Assembly (NCBI GenBank): GCA_016390365.1
Contig: GCA_016390365.1_3043.1
Length of the DNA: 64,000 nucleotides
Strand: one strand, 5' to 3'
Source: a phage
The notes beneath the pieces were generated by a model. The model was given only the letters and a program-made list of their open reading frames with translations. It ran no database searches and had not been told where the DNA came from. The translations under genes and the position numbers were made by a program. Position 1 is the first letter of the stretch. Every line of letters starts with the position of its first letter. Below are positions 1 to 8,810 of this stretch, piece by piece.

Positions 1-34
1 GTTAACGAACGCTGAATGGTTTACGGATAAGAAT

Positions 35-295
35 ATGCTTCTGTGGTATATCATTAGTCTTCCTGCGTCATCATTCGTATTTTACTTCTTTGGAAAAAAT
101 CCAATGGACAGAATAGGAGATTGGGCTCTTTGTACTATATTTGTTAATATTTTTACTGCAGCAATATTATCCGGAATATGGTGTGTGTTCATTGAAATGC
201 CATGGCGGTTACGCAGACAACAAAAGATTTTTGATGAAAAGAAATATGCTCAAAATTTAAATAACTTTATCACTGAATGCAGGAAATTAAAATGA
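35..295 (+). CDS. hypothetical small membrane protein upstream of nudE
   Basis: 86-codon ORF with hydrophobic segments; overlaps nudE start; function unknown. Confidence 0.4.
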   Translation: MLLWYIISLPASSFVFYFFGKNPMDRIGDWALCTIFVNIFTAAILSGIWCVFIEMPWRLRRQQKIFDEKKYAQNLNNFITECRKLK

Positions 296-732
296 AAACA
301 TTATCAGCTGGTATTATCTTTATGACAGAAGATAAAGATTTATTTATGGGTCGGGTTACTGGTTCTCGTAAGCCTGGAATGATGGCACATCGTTGGGATA
401 TTCCAAAGGGCCGCGTAGAAAATTCTGATTTAAGCGCACTAGATGCAGCACGAAGAGAATGCTTAGAAGAGACTGGTTTTAGCAATTATAATCCAGACCT
501 TCTAGAAGACCTAGGTGTATTTAAATATTCTAGTAATAAAGACTTACAGTTATTTTATTATACGATTCCAGTAGAGCATGAGATGTTCAGAAATTGCTAT
601 TGTGAGTCTTATTTTGAAAATAAAGATGGCGTTATGATTCCAGAGATGGATGCTTTTGCTCTTATTCCTCGTACTCAGTGGCAATATGTGATGGGTCCTT
701 CACTTTACCGAATAATGAACAACCTCTTTTAA
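292..732 (+). CDS. nudE: Nudix hydrolase NudE (e.1)
   Basis: Nudix box GRVENSDLSALDAARRECLEETG; start moved to ATG 292 with SD aggaaa; N-terminus MKTLSAGIIFMTEDKD matches recalled T4 NudE. Confidence 0.85.
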   Translation: MKTLSAGIIFMTEDKDLFMGRVTGSRKPGMMAHRWDIPKGRVENSDLSALDAARRECLEETGFSNYNPDLLEDLGVFKYSSNKDLQLFYYTIPVEHEMFRNCYCESYFENKDGVMIPEMDAFALIPRTQWQYVMGPSLYRIMNNLF

Positions 733-1263
<531 letters not shown>

Positions 1264-1264
1264 A

Positions 1265-1300
1265 GTTGTTTACTTTCTCCTAGAATTGTGATAGTATATT
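1265..1300 (+). promoter_or_regulatory. early promoter (GTTTAC -35, 17-bp spacer, TGn-extended -10) for denV
   Basis: gtttac at 1268-1273; tgtgatagtat -10 region; SD ggaggg before ATG 1323. Confidence 0.5.
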
Positions 1301-1322
1301 CACAGTTAATTGGAGGGATAAA

Positions 1323-1739
1323 ATGACTCGTATTAATTTGACTTTAGTATCTGAACTTGCTGATCAACATTTAATCGCAGAATACCGTGAATTGCCACGT
1401 GTTTTTGGTATAGTTCGTAAACACGTGGCAAATGGTAAACGGGTTAAAGATTTTAAAATATCTTCCGAGTTTATTTTAGGTTCTGGTCATGTCACGTTCT
1501 TTTACGATAAGTTAGAATTTTTGCGAAAGCGTCAATCAGACATTATAACGGAATGCTTAAAACGTGGGTTTAGTATAAAAGATACTGAAGTTCCTGACAT
1601 CAGCGATATTCCAGCAGAATGGAAAAATGATTATAACCCATGCAAATCGGCTATTAAATTGAGTCAACAACGACTCGATGAAAAAATTTTAATGAAGCCA
1701 CACTGGTATAAATACTACGGCAAAAATATTTACATTTAA
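1323..1739 (+). CDS. denV: endonuclease V, pyrimidine-dimer DNA glycosylase
   Basis: 138 aa [17 protein letters not shown]..., matches recalled T4 DenV. Confidence 0.95.
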   Translation: MTRINLTLVSELADQHLIAEYRELPRVFGIVRKHVANGKRVKDFKISSEFILGSGHVTFFYDKLEFLRKRQSDIITECLKRGFSIKDTEVPDISDIPAEWKNDYNPCKSAIKLSQQRLDEKILMKPHWYKYYGKNIYI

Positions 1740-1748
1740 AGGAAACAC

Positions 1749-2222
1749 ATGAAAACATATCAAGAATTTATCACTGAAGCAGCTATTAATTCTCAAATTA
1801 TTGCTGAATCTTTTACTGATCTTTTGAAATTTAAAAAAGGTCAAAAAATCACTGCTGTATTAGATGATGGTACAGAAGTTGAGATGGATGTACAGGGATA
1901 TAATTATGCAGTAGATGGAAAACTGTATAATAAATCTCATGCTAAATTTGATTCATTTGACGATTTTGTTAATACAGTTGAAGATGAAAAAACTCGTAGA
2001 TCCATTGCAACTGGCGACGCTAAGGTTCTTATGGCACACGGTCATGAACGTATCCGCGCCAAACAGAATAAAATGGGCGAAGATAATTTTGCATTAGTTG
2101 GTTATCAATCTGGTAAACAAACTTATGGTTATCAGCGTACTGCTACCATGTATAATAAAAATGGTAAAATCGCTTTCGTGAATAGCAAAGGCTCTATTCA
2201 GTACGTCAAATCATTCAAATAA
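1749..2222 (+). CDS. internal head protein, IPII/IPIII-like, with capsid targeting sequence
   Basis: N-terminus MKTYQEFITEA matches the T4 internal-protein CTS (MKTYQEFIAE, cleaved after E by prohead protease); body differs from T4 IPs. Confidence 0.7.
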   Translation: MKTYQEFITEAAINSQIIAESFTDLLKFKKGQKITAVLDDGTEVEMDVQGYNYAVDGKLYNKSHAKFDSFDDFVNTVEDEKTRRSIATGDAKVLMAHGHERIRAKQNKMGEDNFALVGYQSGKQTYGYQRTATMYNKNGKIAFVNSKGSIQYVKSFK

Positions 2223-2375
2223 GCAAATAAGAAATATGGGAACAACCTGGACCTCATGATTCTATGAGGGATTCCCGCCAACCTGTAATAAGGTCGAGCC
2301 CAAGTGCGGTAATGGGTAAATACAGAAATGGACAATTCATGCGCCACGGAATGGCCCAAATTTAGAGAGAATAAA

Positions 2376-2915
2376 ATGAGAACATTTTTAACTGGCCCGT
2401 ATCTATCCCTGATGAATGCTTTTACACACCATTCTGATGCTAGAGTAGAAGAAATTTGTAAAAACGAATATATCCCGCCATTTGAAGAATTACTTAAACA
2501 GTACTGTACACTTCGACTAGATGGTGGACGTCAATCTGGTAAATCAACTGCGGTAACTAATTTTGCCGCTAATTGGTTGTATGATGGCGGAACAGTTATT
2601 GTTCTTTCTAATACTTCAGCTTACGCTAAAATTTCTGCAGGCCACATTAAAAAAGAATTTTCTCGTTATTCTAGTAATGATATTCGATTCCGCTTATTTA
2701 CTGATTCTGTCCGTAGTTTTATCGGTAATAAAGGAAGCAAGTTCAGAGGTTTATCTCTTTCGCGAATTTTGTATATAATCGATGAGCCTGTTAAATCTCC
2801 TGATATGGATAAAATTTACGATATTCATATTGAAACTGTGCAACACTGCTGTAATAGTAAATGTTGCATTGGTGGTATTACTCGTCCGCAGTTTTTCGTA
2901 ATCGGAATGCAATGA
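2376..2915 (+). CDS. hypothetical protein with P-loop-like motif
   Basis: Walker A-like GGRQSGKST and hhhhDE (ILYIIDE); start placed at ATG 2376 after SD gagaga. Confidence 0.5.
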   Translation: MRTFLTGPYLSLMNAFTHHSDARVEEICKNEYIPPFEELLKQYCTLRLDGGRQSGKSTAVTNFAANWLYDGGTVIVLSNTSAYAKISAGHIKKEFSRYSSNDIRFRLFTDSVRSFIGNKGSKFRGLSLSRILYIIDEPVKSPDMDKIYDIHIETVQHCCNSKCCIGGITRPQFFVIGMQ

Positions 2916-3241
2916 TGACAGACACACAGCTTTTCGAATATCTTTATTTTTCGCCAAAAACTATTAAAAATAAATTGGTGAATCATTTTGAAATTTTGGC
3001 AAATAACAACGTCTTGAGCGAATTTTATCCTAAGCAATACAAATTACAAAAAGGTGTATTCAAAGGATGCAGAGTTTTGTGTACTGCTCCTAATGCAAGA
3101 TTAATGAATAAAATTCCATATTTTACCATGGAATTTATTGATGGACCTTTTAAAGGACTAATCACCCAAAGTTTAATGGCATATGATTCTGAGCCATTTT
3201 TAATTAAAGAACAATCTTGGATAAATTTATTTTCTAATTGA
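2912..3241 (+). CDS. hypothetical protein
   Basis: ORF starting MMTDTQLFEY; ATGATG overlaps upstream stop codon. Confidence 0.45.
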   Translation: MMTDTQLFEYLYFSPKTIKNKLVNHFEILANNNVLSEFYPKQYKLQKGVFKGCRVLCTAPNARLMNKIPYFTMEFIDGPFKGLITQSLMAYDSEPFLIKEQSWINLFSN

Positions 3242-3247
3242 GGTTAT

Positions 3248-3610
3248 ATGAAAGCATATCAAATTCTTGAAGGCACACATAAAGGTACTATTTATTTTGA
3301 AGATGGTATTCAAGCACGAATTATTGTTTCTAAAACCTTTAAAGAGGACTCTTTTGTAGACCCAGAAATTTTCTACGGTTTGCATGCCCGTGAAATTGAA
3401 ATTGAGCCACAGCCTACAGTTAAAATTGAAGGTGGTCAACACCTGAACGTTAACGTTCTGCGTCGTGAAACTTTGGAAGATGCAGTTAAGCATCCGGAAA
3501 AATATCCGCAGCTGACCATCCGTGTATCAGGTTATGCAGTTCGTTTTAACTCTCTGACTCCGGAACAGCAGCGCGACGTTATCGCTCGTACCTTTACTGA
3601 GAGTCTGTAA
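3248..3610 (+). CDS. autonomous glycyl radical cofactor, GrcA/YfiD-like
   Basis: C-terminal [29 protein letters not shown] glycyl-radical motif; 3' half GC-rich with E. coli-like codons. Confidence 0.8.
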   Translation: MKAYQILEGTHKGTIYFEDGIQARIIVSKTFKEDSFVDPEIFYGLHAREIEIEPQPTVKIEGGQHLNVNVLRRETLEDAVKHPEKYPQLTIRVSGYAVRFNSLTPEQQRDVIARTFTESL

Positions 3611-3831
3611 TGGCAAAGATAATTATTGAAGGTTCTAAAGATGTGCTAAATGCTTTCGCAGAATGGTTTAGTAATTCAGGCGAACAGCAATTTAATGAAG
3701 CGTGGAATATGGGTGATATTAGTGGAATTTATCCTACGACAGAAATTTCTGTTCAGGGATATGGCATTCATGAACCTATTCGTTTAGTTGAATATGATTT
3801 GGGAACGGGCGAGGAAGTCAAATATGATTGA
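3610..3831 (+). CDS. hypothetical protein
   Basis: 73-codon ORF, TAATG coupling to upstream gene. Confidence 0.5.
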   Translation: MAKIIIEGSKDVLNAFAEWFSNSGEQQFNEAWNMGDISGIYPTTEISVQGYGIHEPIRLVEYDLGTGEEVKYD

Positions 3832-4090
3832 AGATATTAAAGGTTATAAGCCTCACACTGAAGAGAAAATCGATAAAGTGAATGCTATCAAAGACGCTGA
3901 AGTTCGTTTAGGACTTATCTTTGACGCTTTATATGATGAATTCTGGGAAGCACTAGATAATTGTGAAGACTACGAATTCGCAAAGAATTATGCTGAAAGC
4001 CTAGATCAGTTAACTATTGCTAAAACGAAACTCAAAGAAGCTAGTATGTGGGCTTGTCGTGCTGTGTTCCAACCAGAGGAAAAATATTAA
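3824..4090 (+). CDS. hypothetical small helical protein at the T4 vs.4 position (candidate Acb2-like)
   Basis: start ATG 3824 after SD gaggaag; syntenic position two ORFs upstream of regB; identity to Acb2 not verifiable from memory. Confidence 0.5.
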   Translation: MIEDIKGYKPHTEEKIDKVNAIKDAEVRLGLIFDALYDEFWEALDNCEDYEFAKNYAESLDQLTIAKTKLKEASMWACRAVFQPEEKY

Positions 4091-4368
4091 TGGCTCAATT
4101 AAGCGCAGGGTTTGGTTATGAGTATTATACTGCCCCTCGTCGTGTATCTATTGCTTCTAAGAAAATTCAAAGTCTTGATGATTTCCAGGAAGTAGTCCGT
4201 AAAGCTTTCCAGGACTATGCACGTTATCTTAAAGAAGATTCACAGGACTGTCTCGAAGAAGATGAAATTGCTTACTATGAGCAGCGTCTTGAACAGCTTA
4301 AAAACTTACATGAGGTTCGTGCAGAAGTTTCAAAGTCTATGAATAAATTGATTAGATTTAAAGAATAA
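4090..4368 (+). CDS. hypothetical protein (vs.3 position)
   Basis: 92-codon ORF starting [18 protein letters not shown] coupling. Confidence 0.5.
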   Translation: MAQLSAGFGYEYYTAPRRVSIASKKIQSLDDFQEVVRKAFQDYARYLKEDSQDCLEEDEIAYYEQRLEQLKNLHEVRAEVSKSMNKLIRFKE

Positions 4369-4375
4369 CTGTTTA

Positions 4376-4412
4376 CTTTTCCTCTTGACTGTGGTATAAT
4401 TTTTCTATCAGT
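4376..4412 (+). promoter_or_regulatory. early promoter for regB
   Basis: gtttac 4381-4386, 17-bp spacer, tgtggtataat. Confidence 0.6.
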
Positions 4413-4427
4413 TAAGAGGAGAATAAC

Positions 4428-4889
4428 ATGACTATCAATACAGAAGTTTTTATCCGTCGAAATAAGCTTCGTCGTCACTTTGAGTCGGAGTTTCGTCAAA
4501 TTAACAATGAGATTCGTGAGGCATCAAAAGCAGCAGGAGTCTCATCGTTTCATCTAAAATATTCTCAGCATCTTCTTGATCGTGCAATTCAACGGGAGAT
4601 TGATGAGACATATGTTTTTGAATTATTCCATAAAATAAAAGACCATGTTTTAGAAGTTAATGAATTCCTGAGTATGCCTCCGCGTCCTGACATTGACGAG
4701 GATTTTATTGATGGGGTTGAATATCGTCCTGGACGTTTAGAAATCACAGATGGAAATCTTTGGCTTGGATTTACAGTTTGTAAGCCTAATGAGAAGTTCA
4801 AAAACCCGTCACTTCAATGCAGGATGGCAATTATCAACAGTCGTCGTTTACCAGGAAAGGCTTCTAAAGCAGTAATTAAAACTCAATGA
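4428..4889 (+). CDS. regB: RegB sequence-specific endoribonuclease
   Basis: 153 aa MTINTEVFIRRNKLRRHFESEFRQINNEIRE, matches recalled T4 RegB. Confidence 0.95.
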   Translation: MTINTEVFIRRNKLRRHFESEFRQINNEIREASKAAGVSSFHLKYSQHLLDRAIQREIDETYVFELFHKIKDHVLEVNEFLSMPPRPDIDEDFIDGVEYRPGRLEITDGNLWLGFTVCKPNEKFKNPSLQCRMAIINSRRLPGKASKAVIKTQ

Positions 4890-4896
4890 GGTAAAC

Positions 4897-5442
4897 ATGA
4901 GAAAAGCACTACTCGCTGGTCTATTGGCCATTTCAATGATGGCACATAGCTCCGAGCATACTTTCAGTAATGTCCAACTCGATAACATGCGTTACGCGTA
5001 TCAATTCGGGGAACAATTTTCTAAGGATGGAAAATATAAAACACACAAAAATATCCACAAGAGCGGATTAGGTCATATAATGGCTGCCATTTTATGGCAA
5101 GAAAGCTCTGGCGGAGTTAATTTAAAATCTAAACCAAAGCATCACGCCTACGGAATGTTCCAAAATTATTTGCCTACTATGCGAGCAAGAGTTAAGGAAC
5201 TTGGTTATAATATGACCGATGCTGAAATAAAAAGAATGTTGAATAAACGGTCCAATTCAGCTTCCTGGGCGTACATTGAACTTTCTTATTGGTTAAATAT
5301 ACATAAGGGCGATATAAGAAAAGCAATATCCTCTTATAATTCGGGATGGAATGTTAAAGCAGGTTCTAAATATGCTTCTGAAGTCCTAGAAAAGGCTAAT
5401 TACCTTAAAAATAATAAACTTTTGGAAATAGTAAATGACTAA
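4897..5442 (+). CDS. secreted lytic-transglycosylase-domain protein (vs.1 position)
   Basis: signal peptide MRKALLAGLLAISMMAHS; SLT-like motifs WQESSGG, YGMFQ, SYNSG. Confidence 0.6.
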   Translation: MRKALLAGLLAISMMAHSSEHTFSNVQLDNMRYAYQFGEQFSKDGKYKTHKNIHKSGLGHIMAAILWQESSGGVNLKSKPKHHAYGMFQNYLPTMRARVKELGYNMTDAEIKRMLNKRSNSASWAYIELSYWLNIHKGDIRKAISSYNSGWNVKAGSKYASEVLEKANYLKNNKLLEIVND

Positions 5443-5776
5443 AATTTTGGTTTTATGTATAGGATTAATTTCATTTTCTGCGTTAGCAGATACATCATAT
5501 ACTGAAATTAGAGAGTATGTAAACCGTACTGCAGCGGATTATTGCGGGAAAAATAAAGCATGCCAAGCTGAATTTGCACAGAAATTAATATATGCATATA
5601 AAGACGGAGAAAGAGATAAATCAAGCAGATACAAAAATGATACATTGTTAAAACGATATGCTAAAAAGTGGAATACCTTAGAATGTTCAGTTGCGGAGGA
5701 AAAAGATAAAGCCGCTTGTCATTCAATGGTTGACCGTTTGGTAGATTCTTATAATCGAGGATTGAGTACTAGATGA
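5435..5776 (+). CDS. secreted small protein (vs position)
   Basis: N-terminal signal-like MTKILVLCIGLISFSALA; synteny with T4 vs. Confidence 0.45.
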   Translation: MTKILVLCIGLISFSALADTSYTEIREYVNRTAADYCGKNKACQAEFAQKLIYAYKDGERDKSSRYKNDTLLKRYAKKWNTLECSVAEEKDKAACHSMVDRLVDSYNRGLSTR

Positions 5777-6252
5777 TTGTAAAATATATCAAGGGCGATA
5801 TTGTCGCCCTATTTCTTCAAGGTAATATTATTGCGCACGGGTGCAATTGTTTTCATACTATGGGTTCAGGTGTAGCGGGTCAATTAGCCAGAGCCTATCC
5901 CAAAATTTTAGAAATAGATAAAACCACTACTGAGTACGGTTCTCGCGATAAATTAGGCGATATGTCTATTGTTTTTAAACATAAACCTAATGGTTTTGGC
6001 ATATGTTATAACTTGTATACGCAATACGAACCAGGTCCTAATCTTGATTATGGTGCTTTAGTAAACTGCATGATAGAATTAAATCTACAGGCAGAAACCC
6101 TTTTGTTTAAACCAGTAATTTACATTCCACGCATAGGTTGTGGTATTGCTGGCGGCGATTGGGATAAGGTTTCTAAATTAATCGACATGTTTACTCCTGA
6201 TATTGATTTAATAGTGGTGGATTATGAAAGTACATTACCCACATCCGTTTGA
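5773..6252 (+). CDS. macro-domain protein (TARG1/Poa1p-like ADP-ribose processing fold)
   Basis: motif HGCNCFHTMGSGVAGQL resembles the HCISxDCxMGAGIA signature of TARG1-type macro domains. Confidence 0.6.
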   Translation: MIVKYIKGDIVALFLQGNIIAHGCNCFHTMGSGVAGQLARAYPKILEIDKTTTEYGSRDKLGDMSIVFKHKPNGFGICYNLYTQYEPGPNLDYGALVNCMIELNLQAETLLFKPVIYIPRIGCGIAGGDWDKVSKLIDMFTPDIDLIVVDYESTLPTSV

Positions 6253-6436
6253 TCCTAAAAACAAAGTGGAAATTATTCGTCAATGGGAACGCATTTGCCG
6301 TACTAAATGTCCAATTAATAGTCCACATGATGTAGATAAAGACTACATTGGAACATTCGTTGAATATACCTTTATTGATAAGAAAGGTCGTAAACAACAT
6401 GTAGAAGAATATTGCTTAAAGGTTACATGGTTATGA
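6224..6436 (+). CDS. hypothetical protein
   Basis: 70-codon ORF; start uncertain (overlap with upstream gene). Confidence 0.4.
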   Translation: MKVHYPHPFDPKNKVEIIRQWERICRTKCPINSPHDVDKDYIGTFVEYTFIDKKGRKQHVEEYCLKVTWL

Positions 6437-6639
6437 GCCAAACTAGTATTCTTAAAAATGCCCACTGTGAAAAGTGTAAGTGGCCTGTTGTTTTTGCTTT
6501 ATGTAATGATGAAATGGCTTGTGATTTCGATTATTGGTGCTATTGTTCTAATAAAGGATGCATCAATCATAAAGGTGAAGGATTTTATTCAGGATTTTAT
6601 CCTTATCCTGATTTCGTTAAAGAAGGTAAACCGAAATGA
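6412..6639 (+). CDS. hypothetical Cys-rich small protein
   Basis: CEKCKW...CNDEMACDFDYWCYCSNKGC, likely metal-binding. Confidence 0.4.
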   Translation: MLKGYMVMSQTSILKNAHCEKCKWPVVFALCNDEMACDFDYWCYCSNKGCINHKGEGFYSGFYPYPDFVKEGKPK

Positions 6640-6809
6640 ATAGTTTTGAGTTACAATATGAAGTGTTACGTGAGCTTGATAATTTAATTGAACTCGCTGT
6701 CAATAAAGGTTTTGCCATTGGAATCGGTCAAAAAGATACTGGTCATTTAACTATGGAAATATTTAAGCAAAAGCGAATTATTTTAAAACTCCTGGAAATT
6801 AATATATGA
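6636..6809 (+). CDS. hypothetical small protein
   Basis: 57-aa ORF MNSFELQYEV..., not in ORF track; ATGA coupling to next gene. Confidence 0.35.
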   Translation: MNSFELQYEVLRELDNLIELAVNKGFAIGIGQKDTGHLTMEIFKQKRIILKLLEINI

Positions 6810-6991
6810 GTCTGAGTAAAGAACAAAAAGATAAATTGTTTGAGCTTATCCATGAACTTCTAGATGAGCATACAGAAGCAAACACCTTTTATGATGAATA
6901 CGGCCCGCTATCTCCCGATCAGCAAGAAGAATTTGCTGATCGGTTTGATAAGAAAGAAAACGAATTAATAGCTTATGTGAATATGCTTTAA
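6806..6991 (+). CDS. hypothetical acidic small protein
   Basis: 61-codon ORF immediately upstream of tk. Confidence 0.4.
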   Translation: MSLSKEQKDKLFELIHELLDEHTEANTFYDEYGPLSPDQQEEFADRFDKKENELIAYVNML

Positions 6992-7000
6992 GAAGGTGAT

Positions 7001-7582
7001 ATGGCGAGTTTAATTTTTACTTACGCAGCAATGAATGCTGGAAAATCTGCTTCTCTTTTGACTGCTGCACATAATTATAAAGAACGCGGAATGGGTGTAT
7101 TAGTTCTTAAGCCTGCTATTGATACTCGTGATTCTGTCTGTGAAGTCGTTTCTCGCATTGGAATTAAGCAGGAAGCGAATATTATTACGGATGATATGGA
7201 TATTTTTGAGTTCTATAAATGGGCTGAAGCACAAAAAGATATTCATTGTGTATTTGTAGATGAAGCTCAGTTTTTAAAAACTGAACAGGTGCATCAATTA
7301 AGTCGAATTGTTGATACATATAATGTTCCTGTTATGGCTTATGGGCTAAGGACTGATTTCGCTGGAAAATTATTTGAAGGTTCTAAAGAACTTTTGGCGA
7401 TTGCAGATAAACTTATTGAACTAAAGGCAGTTTGTCATTGTGGTAAAAAGGCTATTATGACAGCTCGATTAATGGAAGATGGAACACCGGTTAAAGAAGG
7501 TAATCAAATCTGTATTGGTGATGAAATTTATGTTTCTTTGTGTAGAAAACATTGGAATGAATTAACTAAAAAGCTCGGTTAG
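7001..7582 (+). CDS. tk: thymidine kinase
   Basis: 193 aa; P-loop AAMNAGKSASLL; zinc ribbon CHCGKK...C...C; matches recalled T4 Tk. Confidence 0.95.
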   Translation: MASLIFTYAAMNAGKSASLLTAAHNYKERGMGVLVLKPAIDTRDSVCEVVSRIGIKQEANIITDDMDIFEFYKWAEAQKDIHCVFVDEAQFLKTEQVHQLSRIVDTYNVPVMAYGLRTDFAGKLFEGSKELLAIADKLIELKAVCHCGKKAIMTARLMEDGTPVKEGNQICIGDEIYVSLCRKHWNELTKKLG

Positions 7583-7591
7583 TGCAAAAGT

Positions 7592-7599
7592 TATAAATA
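7592..7599 (+). promoter_or_regulatory. late-promoter box TATAAATA
   Basis: exact TATAAATA about 25 nt upstream of ATG 7625. Confidence 0.4.
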
Positions 7600-7624
7600 G
7601 GTTTATCTAACTAAAGGGGTATAT

Positions 7625-7837
7625 ATGCTACAATTAACTGAAAAGCAACTTCGCAATCTTACTGTTCTTCAATTAGATGAAATTCGTAGGGAAGTTGGAA
7701 ATATCATTTCAGCTTTGCGTCGGGAAGTATCACTCAACCAATCTCCGGCAGACTATACTAGATTGCGAAATTTTGAAAAATACCTTGATAAAGTTAAGGC
7801 CGTGCATCGGCATAAAGTAAATACAGGACAAAAATGA
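7625..7837 (+). CDS. hypothetical protein (rI.1 position)
   Basis: 70-codon ORF upstream of rI. Confidence 0.5.
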
Positions 7838-7849
7838 TAGGAGGCCTTT

Positions 7850-8143
7850 ATGGCCTTAAAAGCAACGGCACTATTTGCCATGCTAGGATTAGCGTTTGCT
7901 TTATCTCCACCAATTGAAGCGAATGTCGATCCTCATTTTGATAAATTTATGGAATCTGGTATTAGACACGTTTATATGCTTTTTGAAAATAAAAGCGTAG
8001 AATCATCTGAACAGTTCTATAGTTTTATGCGAACGACTTATAAAAATGACCCGTGCTCTTCCGATTTTGAATGTATAGAGCGAGGCGCGGAGATGGCACA
8101 ATCATACGCTAGAATTATGAACATTAAATTGGAGACTGAATGA
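7850..8143 (+). CDS. rI: lysis inhibition regulator RI (antiholin)
   Basis: 97 aa MALKATALFAMLGLAFALSPPIEANVDPHFDKF, matches recalled T4 RI. Confidence 0.9.
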   Translation: MALKATALFAMLGLAFALSPPIEANVDPHFDKFMESGIRHVYMLFENKSVESSEQFYSFMRTTYKNDPCSSDFECIERGAEMAQSYARIMNIKLETE

Positions 8144-8526
8144 AATTCAGCGACTTTTCACAAAGTGGAAAACCTTCAAAGGCAGATGAATACTTAGGTT
8201 TATTAATGGCTGCACAAGCTTATTTTCATTCTGCGCATTTTGAAACTAAAAGTTATGCTAGACACAAAGCATACGATTTTATTTTCTCTGAGTTGCCAGA
8301 TTTGATTGATAAATTTGGTGAGCAATATTTGGGGTATTCTGGTAGAAAATACACGCCTTCTATTCCAGATGCCAGTAAACTTCCTACCGACACAATTAGA
8401 ATGATTGATCACATACTAGACCAATCTAACAGCATTTATAAAGAAATGCCTCCAGCCATTCAAAGCACGATAGATGATATTACTGGGATGTTTTACCAGA
8501 GCAAATATCTTCTTTCCCTCGAATAA
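8140..8526 (+). CDS. hypothetical protein (rI.-1 position)
   Basis: 128-codon ORF, ATGA overlap with rI stop. Confidence 0.6.
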   Translation: MKFSDFSQSGKPSKADEYLGLLMAAQAYFHSAHFETKSYARHKAYDFIFSELPDLIDKFGEQYLGYSGRKYTPSIPDASKLPTDTIRMIDHILDQSNSIYKEMPPAIQSTIDDITGMFYQSKYLLSLE

Positions 8527-8530
8527 CATT

Positions 8531-8554
8531 AGTCTCCTTCGGGAGACTTTTTTC
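8531..8554 (+). terminator. rho-independent terminator, UUCG tetraloop
   Basis: agtctcc-ttcg-ggagact followed by T6. Confidence 0.75.
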
Positions 8555-8559
8555 ATTTT

Positions 8560-8595
8560 ACCAGTTTACTTTCAATTTGAGCTGTGATACTATAC
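8560..8595 (+). promoter_or_regulatory. early promoter
   Basis: gtttac 8564-8569, 17-bp spacer, tgtgatactat. Confidence 0.5.
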
Positions 8596-8621
8596 AACCA
8601 TCGGATAAAGAGGAGAACATC

Positions 8622-8810
8622 ATGAAAATTGAAGCACTCAATCAAGAAGGAAATATCTACGTCATCATTAATGGTGATTTTTTCGTCGACATGGATGAAG
8701 TTACTAGTGAAGAACTTGTAGAACTTCTTAAGAAACGTTATGATATGTGTGATGAAGCTGCAACTCATATGGCGTGTGCAATATTCTCTCTTTCATATGT
8801 GGTGGAATAA
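8622..8810 (+). CDS. hypothetical acidic small protein
   Basis: ATG 8622 after SD gaggaga. Confidence 0.45.
   Translation: MKIEALNQEGNIYVIINGDFFVDMDEVTSEELVELLKKRYDMCDEAATHMACAIFSLSYVVE

Noticed and set aside
270-485. Minus-strand ORF (71 aa) antisense to nudE; likewise the other minus-strand track ORFs (e.g. 31036..31419, 33415..33831, 57341..57799, 59100..59660)
   Set aside because: All lie inside well-supported plus-strand genes recognised by protein identity; these are antisense artefacts in AT-rich DNA with no independent start signals
1915-2097. Alternative-frame plus-strand ORFs nested inside recognised genes (1915..2097, 2563..2778, 11726..11920, 31002..31265, 37145..37336)
   Set aside because: Nested in other frames of genes with strong homology support; no SD or promoter of their own
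2223-2375. Possible tRNA gene in the non-coding island
   Set aside because: No acceptor stem/T-arm (GTTCGAATC-type) cloverleaf could be built; the T4 tRNA cluster lies outside this window by synteny
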